Positions 11,707-23,985 are shown, numbered from the stretch's first letter. The stretch: DNA of 64,000 nucleotides from Leptogorgia sarmentosa (GCA_964658305.1 OZ210884.1:7998001-8062000); one strand, 5' to 3'. Notes: generated by a model not told the origin, from the sequence alone. A program made the numbers and translations.

Positions 11707-14700
11707 ATGGGACCTAAAACATCGCTTCTGAAAACTTTCCTTCTCGTCCTACTTTTTCATACCTTTTTCAAGGCTAATGCGGAGTCAACCAAGGAACTGA
11801 TACCGAAAAAGGAGTGCGAGAGAATCTCGGGCGTGGAGGTTCGTTATAACGAGTTCTACGAGCTTTATCTAGGACATGACACAGACAAAGGTGAAGTTCA
11901 GGAACAGGGAATTATATACAAAAGTTTGGCAAAAGCAGTGAACGCTTGCTGTCCTGGAATGGAGCTTAATTTCACATTTGTGAATACATCAGTGGAGTGG
12001 CTGGTGCAAGACGATATACTACATCACCATGAAGTACAAAACAGCTCCCATTTGATCTTTTATTTTCCAGAGTTTACATCCCAGGGAAACCTAGGTACGA
12101 TGGAATATTGACCAATGGCACGCGTGAATGACAGCATGAGGTCGCTATTTGAAATGATCTAAAATCACACGCTTCGAGCTGTTAATTTCCTTCGTGTGTC
12201 GACTGAGAATTATTTATAGCCAGAAATCATTGAAACGACTACGGGTCGAACAAGGTTGTGCATGAAACCACCATTTGAACAGTTTCGATTACACTTTCTC
12301 ATAATCTCATAATATTTTCACTTACGTATTTTTATTTAGAGGTCTACTCTCATCAGATTCCGTTTCTAAAGTTACGAAAGTCGCCAGGATTCGCTTTAGT
12401 GATGTTGAAGAGCGAGTCACATTTGCACTTATCTGCGTTGGATATTTTTGGATCATCCTGGTTAATTTTCGCCCTAGTATTGTCTCTGTCTTGGGCAGTT
12501 GGAATCATCGGTTGGGCATTGGTATGTATCAAAATTGTATAGGTACAGAAATCCAGCCAATACATGAATGGACACTATGGTCATTGTCTTAACTATAACT
12601 ATACAAAAAATCTGATCTGAAGACAATGCAGATATACTTTTTGCGTCTACGTTGCTAAGCAACGTAGAGGCTATGTAAGCGTAAAATTTCTGGCTGGCTG
12701 TGTTTCAACAACGAATATGACGTATTTTGACGTCACGAGCTCTCAAGGTAAACACTAACACGCAAACGTTGTTATCTTTACCGATGATGTATCGAACTTT
12801 CGGCAAATTAACTCGTGACGTATGCGATTTAGCTACTATGGCGTGTTTCGCAAGTGTGCGTTGTTCTAACGTTCGTTCGAAGGACTAATTTCCAAGCTTC
12901 TGTAAAGCGATTTCTAAATGGGGTTTTCATTTACTATTTCATGAGATTATACTTGTATTATATTTGTATTAGATTTGTATTATACTGATCATGAATACGG
13001 CGAGTTTCAAATGCAAGGCATCAACGTAGACGCTTGCACGCATCGTGCGTGCCTATTTTTTAATCTTAGAATCGAAGAGAGTATGCCATCGTATCTCTGA
13101 GCAATACAGATTTGTCGTTCGGTTCTAGTACTTATTTTGGCGGAATATAAACCTAAAGACTGGGCAAGGTTTACGTCTGGCCGTTTTTATGAGGCTGTAT
13201 AAAAAGAGGGGTAAAAAAATTAGAGAGTATTCCCAGAAAGCTTTCTTTTAAGCTGAGGAAGACAGACATCTGGCTTTCTTTGTTATGTAGTTAGTTAAAG
13301 TGTACTTCCACTGTTTATTCTTTGTTATTGATTTTTAACCCAACTGAATGGATTGCGAAGTCGAAAAATATCCGTGTCGAATAATAGTCGACATTTTATG
13401 AGATTTGAAGATTTTCTTTATGTGGGGACCTACATCCCAGTCCGAAAGCACATGCAAATCCCATCGTCTCAGTGGCTGTCCTGCTCAAATCATGATCCCA
13501 TTCTCTACTGTTTTCTCGCTGGTGAATCCCAGTGCATGAAATCCCATTTTCCCAGCAAAAAATAAGCAAATCATGGTTCCCAGTTTACCCCTACAGGACC
13601 CTCAATGTAAAACGCAACGCACGTGCATTTTTTCATCTATAGGACCACTACTCGAACCCCGAGGAATTTCCTACGCCATTTGTCCGAGGAATGTTTGAAG
13701 GATTTTGGTGGGCTACGATTACAATGACGACTGTGGGGTGAGCATATCCACTGAATACGCGAAAATGTCATGTTTTTTTGGGGTCGACACCCACTAATTC
13801 CCAAACCCTACGTGCACCACTTAATTTCGGTGCCCTCATCGTGAAAATTCTGATTATTCTCCAATTAATTAAAACCATAATTTTCGCGTTTTTTTCAACC
13901 TGCATATCCATCTTCCCATGTTTCAGATACGGTGATAAAGCACCCAAGTCAATCTTCGCTCGTATTCTTTGCATTTTCTGGATATTAGCTGGTGCCATTC
14001 TTCTTTCACTCTACACGGCAAACATAACATCCATCATTACTACCAGCAGAATTGAGCAGAATTCACGGACTATGGGCAAAAAGGTAAAAATAAAATATAA
14101 AGAATATCACCTCTTTAAAAACGCCCCTTATTAAAATATTCTTTCCCTTCAACTCGCATGCACAATTATTCCACCACGTTATTACAGGGTGTTATAACAT
14201 TTATTGGATTATCATTGCACTAGATCGGAATCGTCAATATGAAACATTTTGTGGAGGCAGAACTGAATCTTGGAGCTCAAATTATAGGTAATAATTACAC
14301 GGTGCTTCACGACATAATATTACTGATTCGCCGTCTGTGAATAACTCCTGCAATATTTATAGGTTTTACTTCTGACAAACGTTATTTGAAAATTTGCGGA
14401 CAAACGCTATACAATGTCTCCGTTTTTACTTACATACTCTACTTCTGTGAACAGTAGGGAGGTTGATAAGTCGGATGTGATACAACAATTCTTCACTGCG
14501 CATGCGTTTCCAGTCTTTCCCCACAGTAGTTTTGATTGAAGTGACCGAATGACTTTTCGCTCTACTGCAAAGGCAATCAGCAGGGAATTACAGAAATTCT
14601 ATCATCTTTTTTCAGAATACACCAAAGTTGAATCCGCCCTAAATGCTCTGTCGAACAAGACAATCGATCGACTGTTGTTTCCGCACTACCTGGATTTACT

Positions 14701-16006
14701 TTATCTCATGTCTGACCCTTATTACCGCTCAGGATCGCTCTCTGATATCTATATCGCGAAAGAACTGGATAAATCTTATCAGATTGGAATGGTGTTGTCG
14801 CATGCCGACGCTTCATCTATCCGCAATAATGAATTTTATACTTGTTTGGAAATTATGACATCTAGAGTTGCTTCTGAGGTATATATGGACTTAGGGTCAC
14901 GAATATTGTTGTTTGGGGGTGGGGTTAGGAGAGAATACCAGCTTCAGTAAATGATCAATAATCTTTTGGTCATGAACGGCTGTTGTGGAATACCTCGCCC
15001 CACCCTGCCTCTCACTTCACACCCGTGTATCAAGGCCTTTATACTGTATACTACACCATAAAGCACTCTAAACTATCTTAGTACACGATGGTAAGTCTGA
15101 TTTAGACGTCGAAACTTTCTTGTGTCAAACCCAATGTAAATTAGCTGAAACAAAAGTCATATTTACGTTATGTTCGGCGCATGAAACGTAAGAGGTCCGG
15201 GGCCGGTTGTTCGAAAGTTGGATAGTGCTATCCATGGGATAGCGATGTTTTCAAGCCTCCAAAAACAACCCGTTCATCGATCTGGTTCAGATTAAACTTT
15301 GGCATTTTCAAGTTGGACTTTTGCTGCATCAACTGCCAGGACCATATCTGCAATTTTATAGCTTTTTGAACATTTTTACAACAGTTAAAAAAATCACTAT
15401 CCAGTGGATAAAGTTTCCGACTTTCGAACAACCGACCCCTGAACTAAGGCGAATTATGTAGATATAAATTTAAACCTTACGTGTAATTAAAGTTGTATTA
15501 ATTTGTATTAATTATGTATCCTTATATTTAGCACGATTACGACTACTCTCGCATTGATGGCTCCATCATTGATGAAACCAAGAACACCTTTGACACAGGA
15601 GTCACTCTACAATATCTTTACGGCATATTGGGTGTGGTTGGAATGATGATCATTCTTGGGGCAGCTTTTGATATCTACAATCACTGCTACAAGTCTAGAG
15701 GAATGGCAAAGCAAAAGTCTTCAGGTAGGGTACATTGATTTACTTGAGCAGTGAATCGGCCTGACGGATTTCAATTTTGAAATTAATCTATGCAAAAAGA
15801 AGTGGTTTCAAGAGAAATTTGTTGAGCAGAACACGAATATATGAACATGCACTCCTTCCAATCAACCCTCTAACTACAGCAGCCTACAGCCTTGGCTCTT
15901 CACAAACTTTCCATGTCATATGATAAAAACTGCTCTGGCAACCTCGTTATTAATTATCAATGCTTGCCTTTAAGATTACGATCGGGGCCCTTCGAGGCCT
16001 ATCTAA
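11707..16006 (+). CDS. GluR0/AvGluR1-like ligand-gated channel with K+ selectivity filter, paralog 1 (~457 aa, 8 coding exons)
   Basis: Exons 11707-12094, 12340-12521, 13643-13737, 13927-14083, 14224-14287, 14616-14878, 15532-15724, 15975-16006; all GT-AG, in frame, 1374 nt total. Signal peptide; M1 (WLIFALVLSLSWAVGIIGWAL); pore GFWWATITMTTVG|YGDKAP; M3 ...SLYTANITS; S2 MGKKIGIV...YTKVESALNALSNKTID; M4 YLYGILGVVGMMIILGAAF; ends DYDRGPSRPI*. Confidence 0.88.
15198..15441. mobile_element. MITE in intron 6 of paralog 1, nested in a degenerate Harbinger-like MITE
   Basis: TIR GGGGCCGGTTGTTCGAAAGT / ACTTTCGAACAACCGACCCC. Flanks (15095-15197 and 15442-15450) resemble the 8909-9028 element. An internally similar decayed copy lies at ~10290-10450. 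Confidence 0.7.
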
Positions 16007-16199
16007 TGTTTCTATAAACAGAAACGTTCGCGTGATGAGTCGAAAGATATGGTGATGGACCAGCAAGAAGATGCACGTAATCCCCGTTACAATCATGCTA
16101 TTTATGAAGTTTAAAAAGTAATCAACTGTCATGTATCTAACTTCAGATCTAATAGCCGCACTGATCCAAGTATTGCACTGAATTGAGACATTAAATAAC

Positions 16200-16970
16200 A
16201 TTATATTATTTTTTTATTTGTGCATGCCTAGTGATATTTTTTGATTTCCTGCAATCTGATTGGCTGCAGCAGCGGGCGGCTTTTTTACGATATCTTGACC
16301 GTGGTCCAAAAGTGTTATTTTTTAGCGATTTAGTTTGTTTACAAAGACTCCTTTTAAATTTTTAAAGTTTTTTTAAAACATTCAAAACGAATTTAGGCGA
16401 TAAAAAACACATGAAAGTTCATTTTATTATGCTAAGGGATATTTTAGGGGATATTTACAGCAACAAAAACAAGTCTCATCAGTATGAACAAAACAAAACA
16501 TTCTCGGCGAAATATTTCGGGTCTAACGCGTATTTTAACCATGTTTATATCGTGAAACGATCGGGAAAATAAATAATTTTAATAAGTTTACCTTTTTCAT
16601 TGTAATGTTGAGAGGAAAAGCATCAATATTGAAGCAAATGCGTCAATAATGAAGGGTTTTTTCTCACTTCGTCTTGGCTGTTTAGCAGCCATACTTGCGA
16701 TAGAGTAGCAAAGTAAACAAACACAACTGATCTCAAATCTAGTTCGCAACACTGGAATTTCTTATGAGTTGTATTATAGCTTCGAGCATAAAAAAAAAAG
16801 TTATTTACCGGCTGGGAGGTCCGTACTGGAAAATATTTTGTCTCGTTTTTGAGACCTCGACAAAATATTTTCCAGTACGGACCTCCCAGCCGGTAAATAA
16901 CTTATTTATTTTTTTATGCTCGAAGCTATAATACAACTCATAAGAAATTCCAGTGTTGCGAACTAGATTT
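16200..16970. mobile_element. CTGATTGG-containing non-autonomous element ending in a ~235-bp near-perfect palindrome (16735-16970)
   Basis: aaatctagttcgcaacactggaatttcttatgagttg...atttaccggctgggaggtccgtactggaaaatattttgtc is mirrored on the right arm, apart from a small A/T-tract indel. Confidence 0.65.
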
Positions 16971-17873
16971 TATATAGTATATATTTTACTATAGGACATT
17001 AGTTGGATCACAATTTCTGCTAATATTTCATATTTAATAATCGCTCAAATACATAATTATGTTGTAATAATTAAAGTACTGCACTGAACTGAGAGATTAA
17101 TAACATACAATTTTACTATAAGACATTTGTCGGGTCACCATTTCTGCTAAAATACACTCAAATACATGTCGTGATAATCCATAAAGGTATGTACCGTACC
17201 GTACCGTACATAGCTGAAGGTGAAAACAGGGGATCTCATGAAGGTACGACTGATCAGTCCATATTACCGAACCTTGAGCATTGCGGTTAAAAATTTGGGG
17301 AGACTGGCCTACCGGTTTTCGTTGGTTAAGGTAAGTTATATTACCAATTCCACTCGCCCATTTACTTCTGGGTAATTGCCATAACTGTGGGCAAATAAAA
17401 ATCTGAGCATGCGCATTGGTAAAAACGTTTCCCACGTACGTATCCATAAAGACCAGAACTAAGGGTAGGTATTCCCATATGCATGCGAACATCAGCCCAT
17501 ATCCCAACTGAACACCTCAAAAGACCGCAAAAGCACAATATTACTTAAATAATTAAAACCATGTTATTGTCATTATTGAAGGGAATATTGCCTTCAATAT
17601 TGGATATTAGCCGGCTTTCTTGTTTCTTAAGAAAGTATTTGGATTTTTAACTGACGTGCAATTAGCCTTAACAGCACGATCATGGAATTAATTGTCTTTT
17701 CTGCATAAGACTGCTGATTTTTTTCATTTGTATTTGGTTAATAGGCGATTAAGCCCCGCCTTCGATTTAATGATGTATGCGTTCCGGAAGCGATGTTTTT
17801 CTTCATAAGAGATATCAAAGTCAAGATTGCTACATGAATTAAACTACCAGGCCTATACTCAGATAACTTAATC

Positions 17874-20800
17874 ATGGAATCAGTGGTAAGTACCATGTAT
17901 TGTTAGTTCGAAAAATTGTCGTAATTCATTAATTTATTCTTTATTCGTTTTCACGCCGAAGCAGCATGTATTTACATTATTTACCTCCAATCACACTGGA
18001 GGGCACTTAAATACTGCATATACCTCCGCCATGCAGCAGCATATTTCGGACGTTTTATTTTACCTCATCAGTCAAACATTTAAATATCAACAGAATATTC
18101 ATATTTGAGAGAATAAAGGGAAAATCTTAACTCTCTTAAAAGTTCTTTTTCAATTTTAAAAGAAATTAAACCAAATTCCTATCCATCAATTAATTTTTCT
18201 TTGTAAGCTTGCAGATGTATCAGTTTCGCACGTTCGATCAAAATATCGACAGAATATTCATATTTGAGAAAGTAGAGGAGAAATCTTAACTCTCTTAAAA
18301 GTTCTTTTTCAATTTTTAACGAAATTGAACCAAACTTTCATCAAATCTTACGTGTTCGTTTTTGTATTTCTTCAAAACGACTATCGCGTGTCTTGAAATA
18401 TTTCCAATTTTTTTTATAGTTTTTTTAGTTATTTTATTCAAGTATGTGCACCGTTGACCGTTGCGTTGCTTTATAAACTATTTGGTATAAACTTCAAGCA
18501 ATGAATTTAATATTAACGTCTTTGTTATTTGCATGGTTAAAAAATACAGTTTAGCTATGCTTACAGTAATGAATATTGATCATTTTATTATCATAAGCTT
18601 TCGGCGGATATACCACTGAAGATCCAAGCTTACGGACTGAAAGCTCTGCGATAATAAATCTATACAAAGAATAAATTGTAATGGATTCATATCTGTTGTT
18701 ACTATGAGCATGCATTTGCCAAATTCGGCAAAACAGTCCGTATAGCTTTGCTGTTGTTACATAGTCGTAGCTAATATGAGGGTAATTTTAGCTTAAGTTT
18801 ATGTTTAAACTAAGATTAATAACAATTTCCTATTTATATCAGACAACACTTGCTAGCAACGTTAGCTATATACACTCTTGTGCAAAGATATTTCAAAATA
18901 GTTAATTGAAATTTCAATTAACTTTGAACAGATGCAAATTTAACCAACCTATACGCATGTTTGTAAGAACAATTGAAAGCACTGCTAGCTTTTATGTAAA
19001 AATCATGTGCAAAAAGAAGGAAATGATGAGAATTTATGTATTTCTGAAGAAACATTTCCAAGCAATTTTCTAGTTTGGCACTGCATTGCGGGAACCTGCG
19101 GGTCACAGATCATGTTTGTTTTAATCAGAGCGATTCAAAGTGCATCATCAGCTATTCAGTATAATAGCGCAGCCAACTCTATGATTATATAGCGTAGCCA
19201 ACGTCCGGTGTAGCCAAGATATATGCGACAGAGCACTCATTATTTGTTTTCTAGCTCCCCCATTCCTTCGCTCCATTCATTCTCTAAGACACAACATCAT
19301 GTTAAATGTGACCATACTCAACGTCAACCTGACATGTTGAACAAAAAATAGCTCTGTGACTGTATAGCGTGGCACAGTGATCCATACCACACAGCACGCG
19401 GCAATACAAGATTATTGCAAGTCTTTTAAAGCCAAAATACGCGAAGTTTATGTGTTTATTAAAATTAATGTTCAGTTATTTACAAGTCGATCTTTTGTCT
19501 TTTATCTTTACCAATAACTTATTTTGTTATTTCAGGTAGCCAACCAGAGTAGCAGTGTTGCAAAATTCCAGAAATTCCTTGAGTCACAGGATGTTGGACC
19601 AAGAATGCTGTGTTTGGATGGCGGTGGAATACGCGGTCTCGTTTCCGCGATGGTTGTTGAAGAGCTTGAAAAAATACTGAACCAAGCTATTATTAAAAAG
19701 AATGATTTTCTATTAATGGCAGAATCCAGCCTAGATGACCCTGATGGAAGTGGTGAAACACATCATGAACAACAAAAGTTTATAAGAGAGATTCGTGAAA
19801 AGTTACCTAAAAAGTCGCCCGAAGGACAGTTCATCAGATTGTGGCATTTATTTGATGTCGTGATTGGTACAAGCACTGGTTCTCTCCTTGCTTACGGCAT
19901 CGGAATGACAAGGTTATCAGGTAAAATTGCCATAATTAAAAACCCCTAAAGAATGGTCACCAACAGCAGTCGTTTTTCCTAATGTGCTGCTAGCATTGAT
20001 AAATATACTGTACACAGAGGAACTCCAACATTACTGGGGCCGCGGAAGCTATTTAAATGTGGGGGGCTGAAATTGTTTTTACAGTTTTTCTATATTCTTG
20101 GTAGCATCATTATCACTATTATGACCCAACCCTAGCCTATAGGGTCCACTGCGCCTGAATTAATATACATGGGATAAAATAATTGTTCTTTTTAAATAGA
20201 AAATAATGAGAGAAAATATATACAATCTTAAAAGTAGAGAGACTGATCTAGTGCAACACCTATGCCAAAGAAAGATTTCGGCAGAAGGTGCTTTAGTTAT
20301 AATGGTACCTTGCAATGAAATAATCTTCCCAATGAAAAAAAACTGCTGACTCTTCCATTTTAAAGCAAGAAATGACTTGAAACTTGCTCGTTTATATTCC
20401 ATGAATTATCTTGTAAATCCATTTTTGTTGTTAATTTTCACGCCACTTAAGAAAATTGGCCAACAGATGGCGGTTGAGGCTAACGTCATAAAATAAAGTA
20501 TGTGTCTAGAAACAGGTTTATTGAATATATCTCGGCCTTCTTTCCAGTGGTCACTGCATTGTTGGACTGCCTCAATACATACATTATATAATAATTTTTG
20601 TTACTAACTCATGTATGATCTTATCTGATGCATGAATATCTTAAAATTCCAGGCTATGAATGTCGCGGGTTGTATGAGATTTTAGCAGATGAAATCTTCA
20701 AAGATTACCATCACTTTTCCATGTTGCGGGAAGCGAAGTATGAAAACAAAAACCTTAAAAAGGAACTGCAGAAATTCTTTCCTTATGATTTGGATATGAC

Positions 20801-22373
20801 ACGCATCAACAGCATTCCAATCACGGCTTCTTGTTCGTACAACATGGATAAGGGTCACATATCCCTGTCTGCGACCGCAGGCCTTGCTGACGAGGATGTC
20901 AAGGATATGGTATTGGGGAAATGCATTTTAGCAAGCGCAGCAGCGCCGACATATTTCCCGTCAGTGGAGCATAATGGTGAAAAATATGTTGATGGCGGGC
21001 TCGGAGCTAATTGTCCTGTGTACCATGGATACAGACTGGGAATGAGGCTCTATGACTACGAAGCAGCTCCTGGCGAAAGACCTGATCTCTTTTATGATGA
21101 TACCAAATACGAAAATATGCATCATCCTGCTTTTGTACCACCAGGTCAAAGGTACCAAACAAGACTTTGTCTGTCAATTGGTACAGGTATGCATAGTAAA
21201 ACCTCAGATAAAAGCTCAACTTATGCCCCCCCTCACGCCTTTGTACGTCTATGCGTCTTAATATTTGGTAAACAATTGTTTTCGATTTGGCAGATGTTAT
21301 CAATGCTTTTTGTAAATCAAGGGAATATTAATCAAACATTTTCTAAAAGAAGGCATCTCTGCGACTCATTATCATTATTATCATTATCATTATCAGGTGG
21401 AGGTACGGAGATTGATGTACCAAGCAAATGTCTGGGATGGTTCCAGGGCCTTGCACGTGTTGTATCACAAGCAGAGGGGCTTTGGAGAGTAGTAGAACCA
21501 ATGATGGAAAAGTTGAACAAGTTTGGATGCTTTAATCGCATAAATCCTTCCCCTGATGACCCGAATGGCAAGAAAATAGCGGAGTTTAAGCTTGATAATA
21601 CCGATGTCAAGACTCTAGGAAGACTGGCTGAGCAGTGGTTATCAGAGGAGTGTACACAGATGCAGTTAAAAGAAGTAGCGATGCAACTAATTGCTAAAAA
21701 CTACTATCTTGACTTTTCAGGTAAATCCTGTTTTCCATTAGGCGAATTTGTTCGCACGAACAAGAGTAACAAGGTAAAAAGAAACTTGATTGGCTGGCGA
21801 CATAACCTTCCAATCAAATTTACTTTCCGCCTGCTCGCGCGAAAAAATATCGCCAAAGGGGAAAAGGCTCCATATAGTATCTTTGTACAAACAAAGGTTT
21901 CAAACCTAAAATATTGTACAATTTACTTTTTATGAAGGCGTTTTTCTTTTCTGTATATTTCAGAGATTGGCAAAGGGATTACACCAGGATCAAATGTGCT
22001 TATTCCTTTATCGCAAATCACTCAATCAGTCTTCGACTTCGATGCCGGACACTTCGTCCCTGAAGCATACAAAGTTATCCGAGATTTGAAGGAAAAATCA
22101 GAAGATATCACTTCAGAATGTAAAGTAAAGATATTCATTATCAATCAAGGGTATTCTCCAGTGCAACTTGGTCTTTCATTTATATGCCCTGACGCACCAT
22201 TTGTGCTTGTGGTCAAGTTTAAACTACCAGGAATGGGAGTGAGCAAAGAGTTCGAAAATCAATGCTACATAAATGGGGGAAGGAGAATTTTTCTCTCCAG
22301 CCACACTCCCACTGGTAGCAGTGGGGGAGGATCATTTGAAGCAAATAAAACCTTAGAACCCTTCATGGCTTGA
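17874..22373 (+). CDS. Patatin-like phospholipase (PNPLA/iPLA2-type catalytic domain) with unrecognised C-terminal domain, ~554 aa
   Basis: Model: 17874-17885 (MESV|GTAAGT, less certain), 19536-19920, 20653-21186, 21397-21720, 21964-22373; 1665 nt in frame. Motifs LCLDGGGIRG (oxyanion loop), GTSTG (nucleophile Ser), ASAAAPTYF, YVDGGLGANCP (catalytic Asp), LSIGTG, FNRINP. Confidence 0.85.
18082..18340 (+). repeat. Direct repeat, ~100-bp block at 159-bp period, in patatin intron 1
   Basis: aaatatc(a/g)acagaatattcatatttgaga...aaatcttaactctcttaaaagttctttttcaatttt at 18082 and 18241. Confidence 0.85.
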
Positions 22374-23892
22374 AAGTTCAAGAAAATAAGTTCGATTTCG
22401 GAAATGGCAGGAACAGAGGCGAACTGAACAATATGACAACAATTGGCACCATTTTTAGATTAAGAACAGACAATGTTGACAATAAAACGTGTTCATTATT
22501 TTGTAATGTAATTGTTGTTAATCATCTGATAAGTAAACGAGTTTCTAATTTGCCAAAATAATTACAGAAAGTACTTAAGTCAGAGAAAGAAAAAGAAAAA
22601 TGGCTTATTATGTTTCAAATCATTTCATGTTTAAGATGATGAAAAAATAGGTAATTTGCACTTTTGAAACCTGGTGCGAATTTTGCGACGGCCGCGAATC
22701 CATCCAATTTGAAGGGTTGCAAATGTGCTGGGCAAAAATACTGAATATATGCACTAGTCTTGTGCAAATGGCATCAACAGAGGAATTTGATTGCATGATA
22801 AAAGTAATTTTTACTTGGTAAATATTGTTATACATATTTTGGGGATGGTGGCAATGTGCTTTGGCTGTAGCTGTAAGAAGAAGAATCCTGTTTAAACTTC
22901 GGAATTAGCAATGTTTGCGATTTTATATATTCCATTTCAGTTTGGAAATTTGACTTCCCAATATTTTTATTTATGTCCATCCACTTAAGTAAAATGTTTT
23001 GGCGATATAGTAATATTTTTAAGACAAGAACTACTGCGGTCTGCGGCAAGACTACAAAAAAGCCCTGAGAAGGCATAAATACGGGAAAATGCAGAGAGCG
23101 GCCGGGGAGAAACGAGAATGGATTGAAACACAAGTTAGATACGTTAATATATTGTTTGCACTAAAGCTTTGCATATTTATATTAATTAACTGCCGACGTA
23201 TTGTGGCACTCAAATCTGTTCACTGTTTAATTCCAGAAAGTTTACGTCTTACAAATCTAAGATTGTCTAGTTATCATTATTTCGAAATAACAACGATTTG
23301 GAACTTTTCATATAAAGGAATATGATTGAATATTGCGCACATGTGAACATCACCCAAATCACAACTGGACACCTCAAAAGACCGCAACAGCACAATATTA
23401 GCTAAATAATTAAAACCATTTAATTGTCATTATTGAAGGCAATACGTATATGCGTAGCTATACATAACATGCATAGACGTGAGATGATTCTCACGGTGTT
23501 TAAACTGTGACCAAACAGGTACAGTATCTGGTTCGTATTCTACCCCTCTGTATAGGAATTGGGAACTGTATTTTGAGGTATGACTTATTTTGTACTTAGC
23601 TTCGTTACTTTGAGAAGAATTTTGGCACATTATAGCTTTTAGCTTCATACAACAGGACTGAGGGATTTTCAATTACAAATTCCATACGCAAGGGGCAGTT
23701 CCCATTATAGACCAACTTTTGATGTAAACAACGGAAACAAGGTTTTTGCAAAGAACCTTAATTATAAGAGTGACAAAACGTTAACCCTCAAATTTGGTTA
23801 AAAAGTGTTCCAATGATACAGAAGATGATATTCTTGCACGATGATAGTTTGCATGGCAAACATTTCTCATTATTGCGTTGCGTGCGAAAATT

Positions 23893-23985
23893 TTCCAGGG
23901 CCTTGCAAGTGTTGTATCACAAGCAGAGGGGCTGTGGAGAGTAGTAGAACCAATGATGGAAAAGTTGAACAAGTTTGGATGCTTT
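23893..23985 (+). pseudogene. 93-bp duplicated fragment of patatin exon (source 21441-21533)
   Basis: ttccagggccttgca(a/c)gtgttgtatcacaagcagaggggct(g/t)tggagagtagtagaaccaatgatggaaaagttgaacaagtttggatgcttt; 2 mismatches by eye. Confidence 0.9.

Noticed and set aside
12353..12662. Minus-strand ORFs over channel exons (also 26773-26997, 29600-29809)
   Set aside because: Antisense shadows of the + strand exons.
11707..16006. Fragment of a voltage-gated (Shaker-type) K+ channel
   Set aside because: No T1 domain or S4 arginine repeat; there is a signal peptide, only one TM before the pore, and clamshell-like segments on both sides.
20628..21935. The 435-aa ORF as a single exon
   Set aside because: It reads through likely introns: low-complexity (TCATTA)n before an acceptor at 21396, and repeat-like sequence after the strong donor at 21721.
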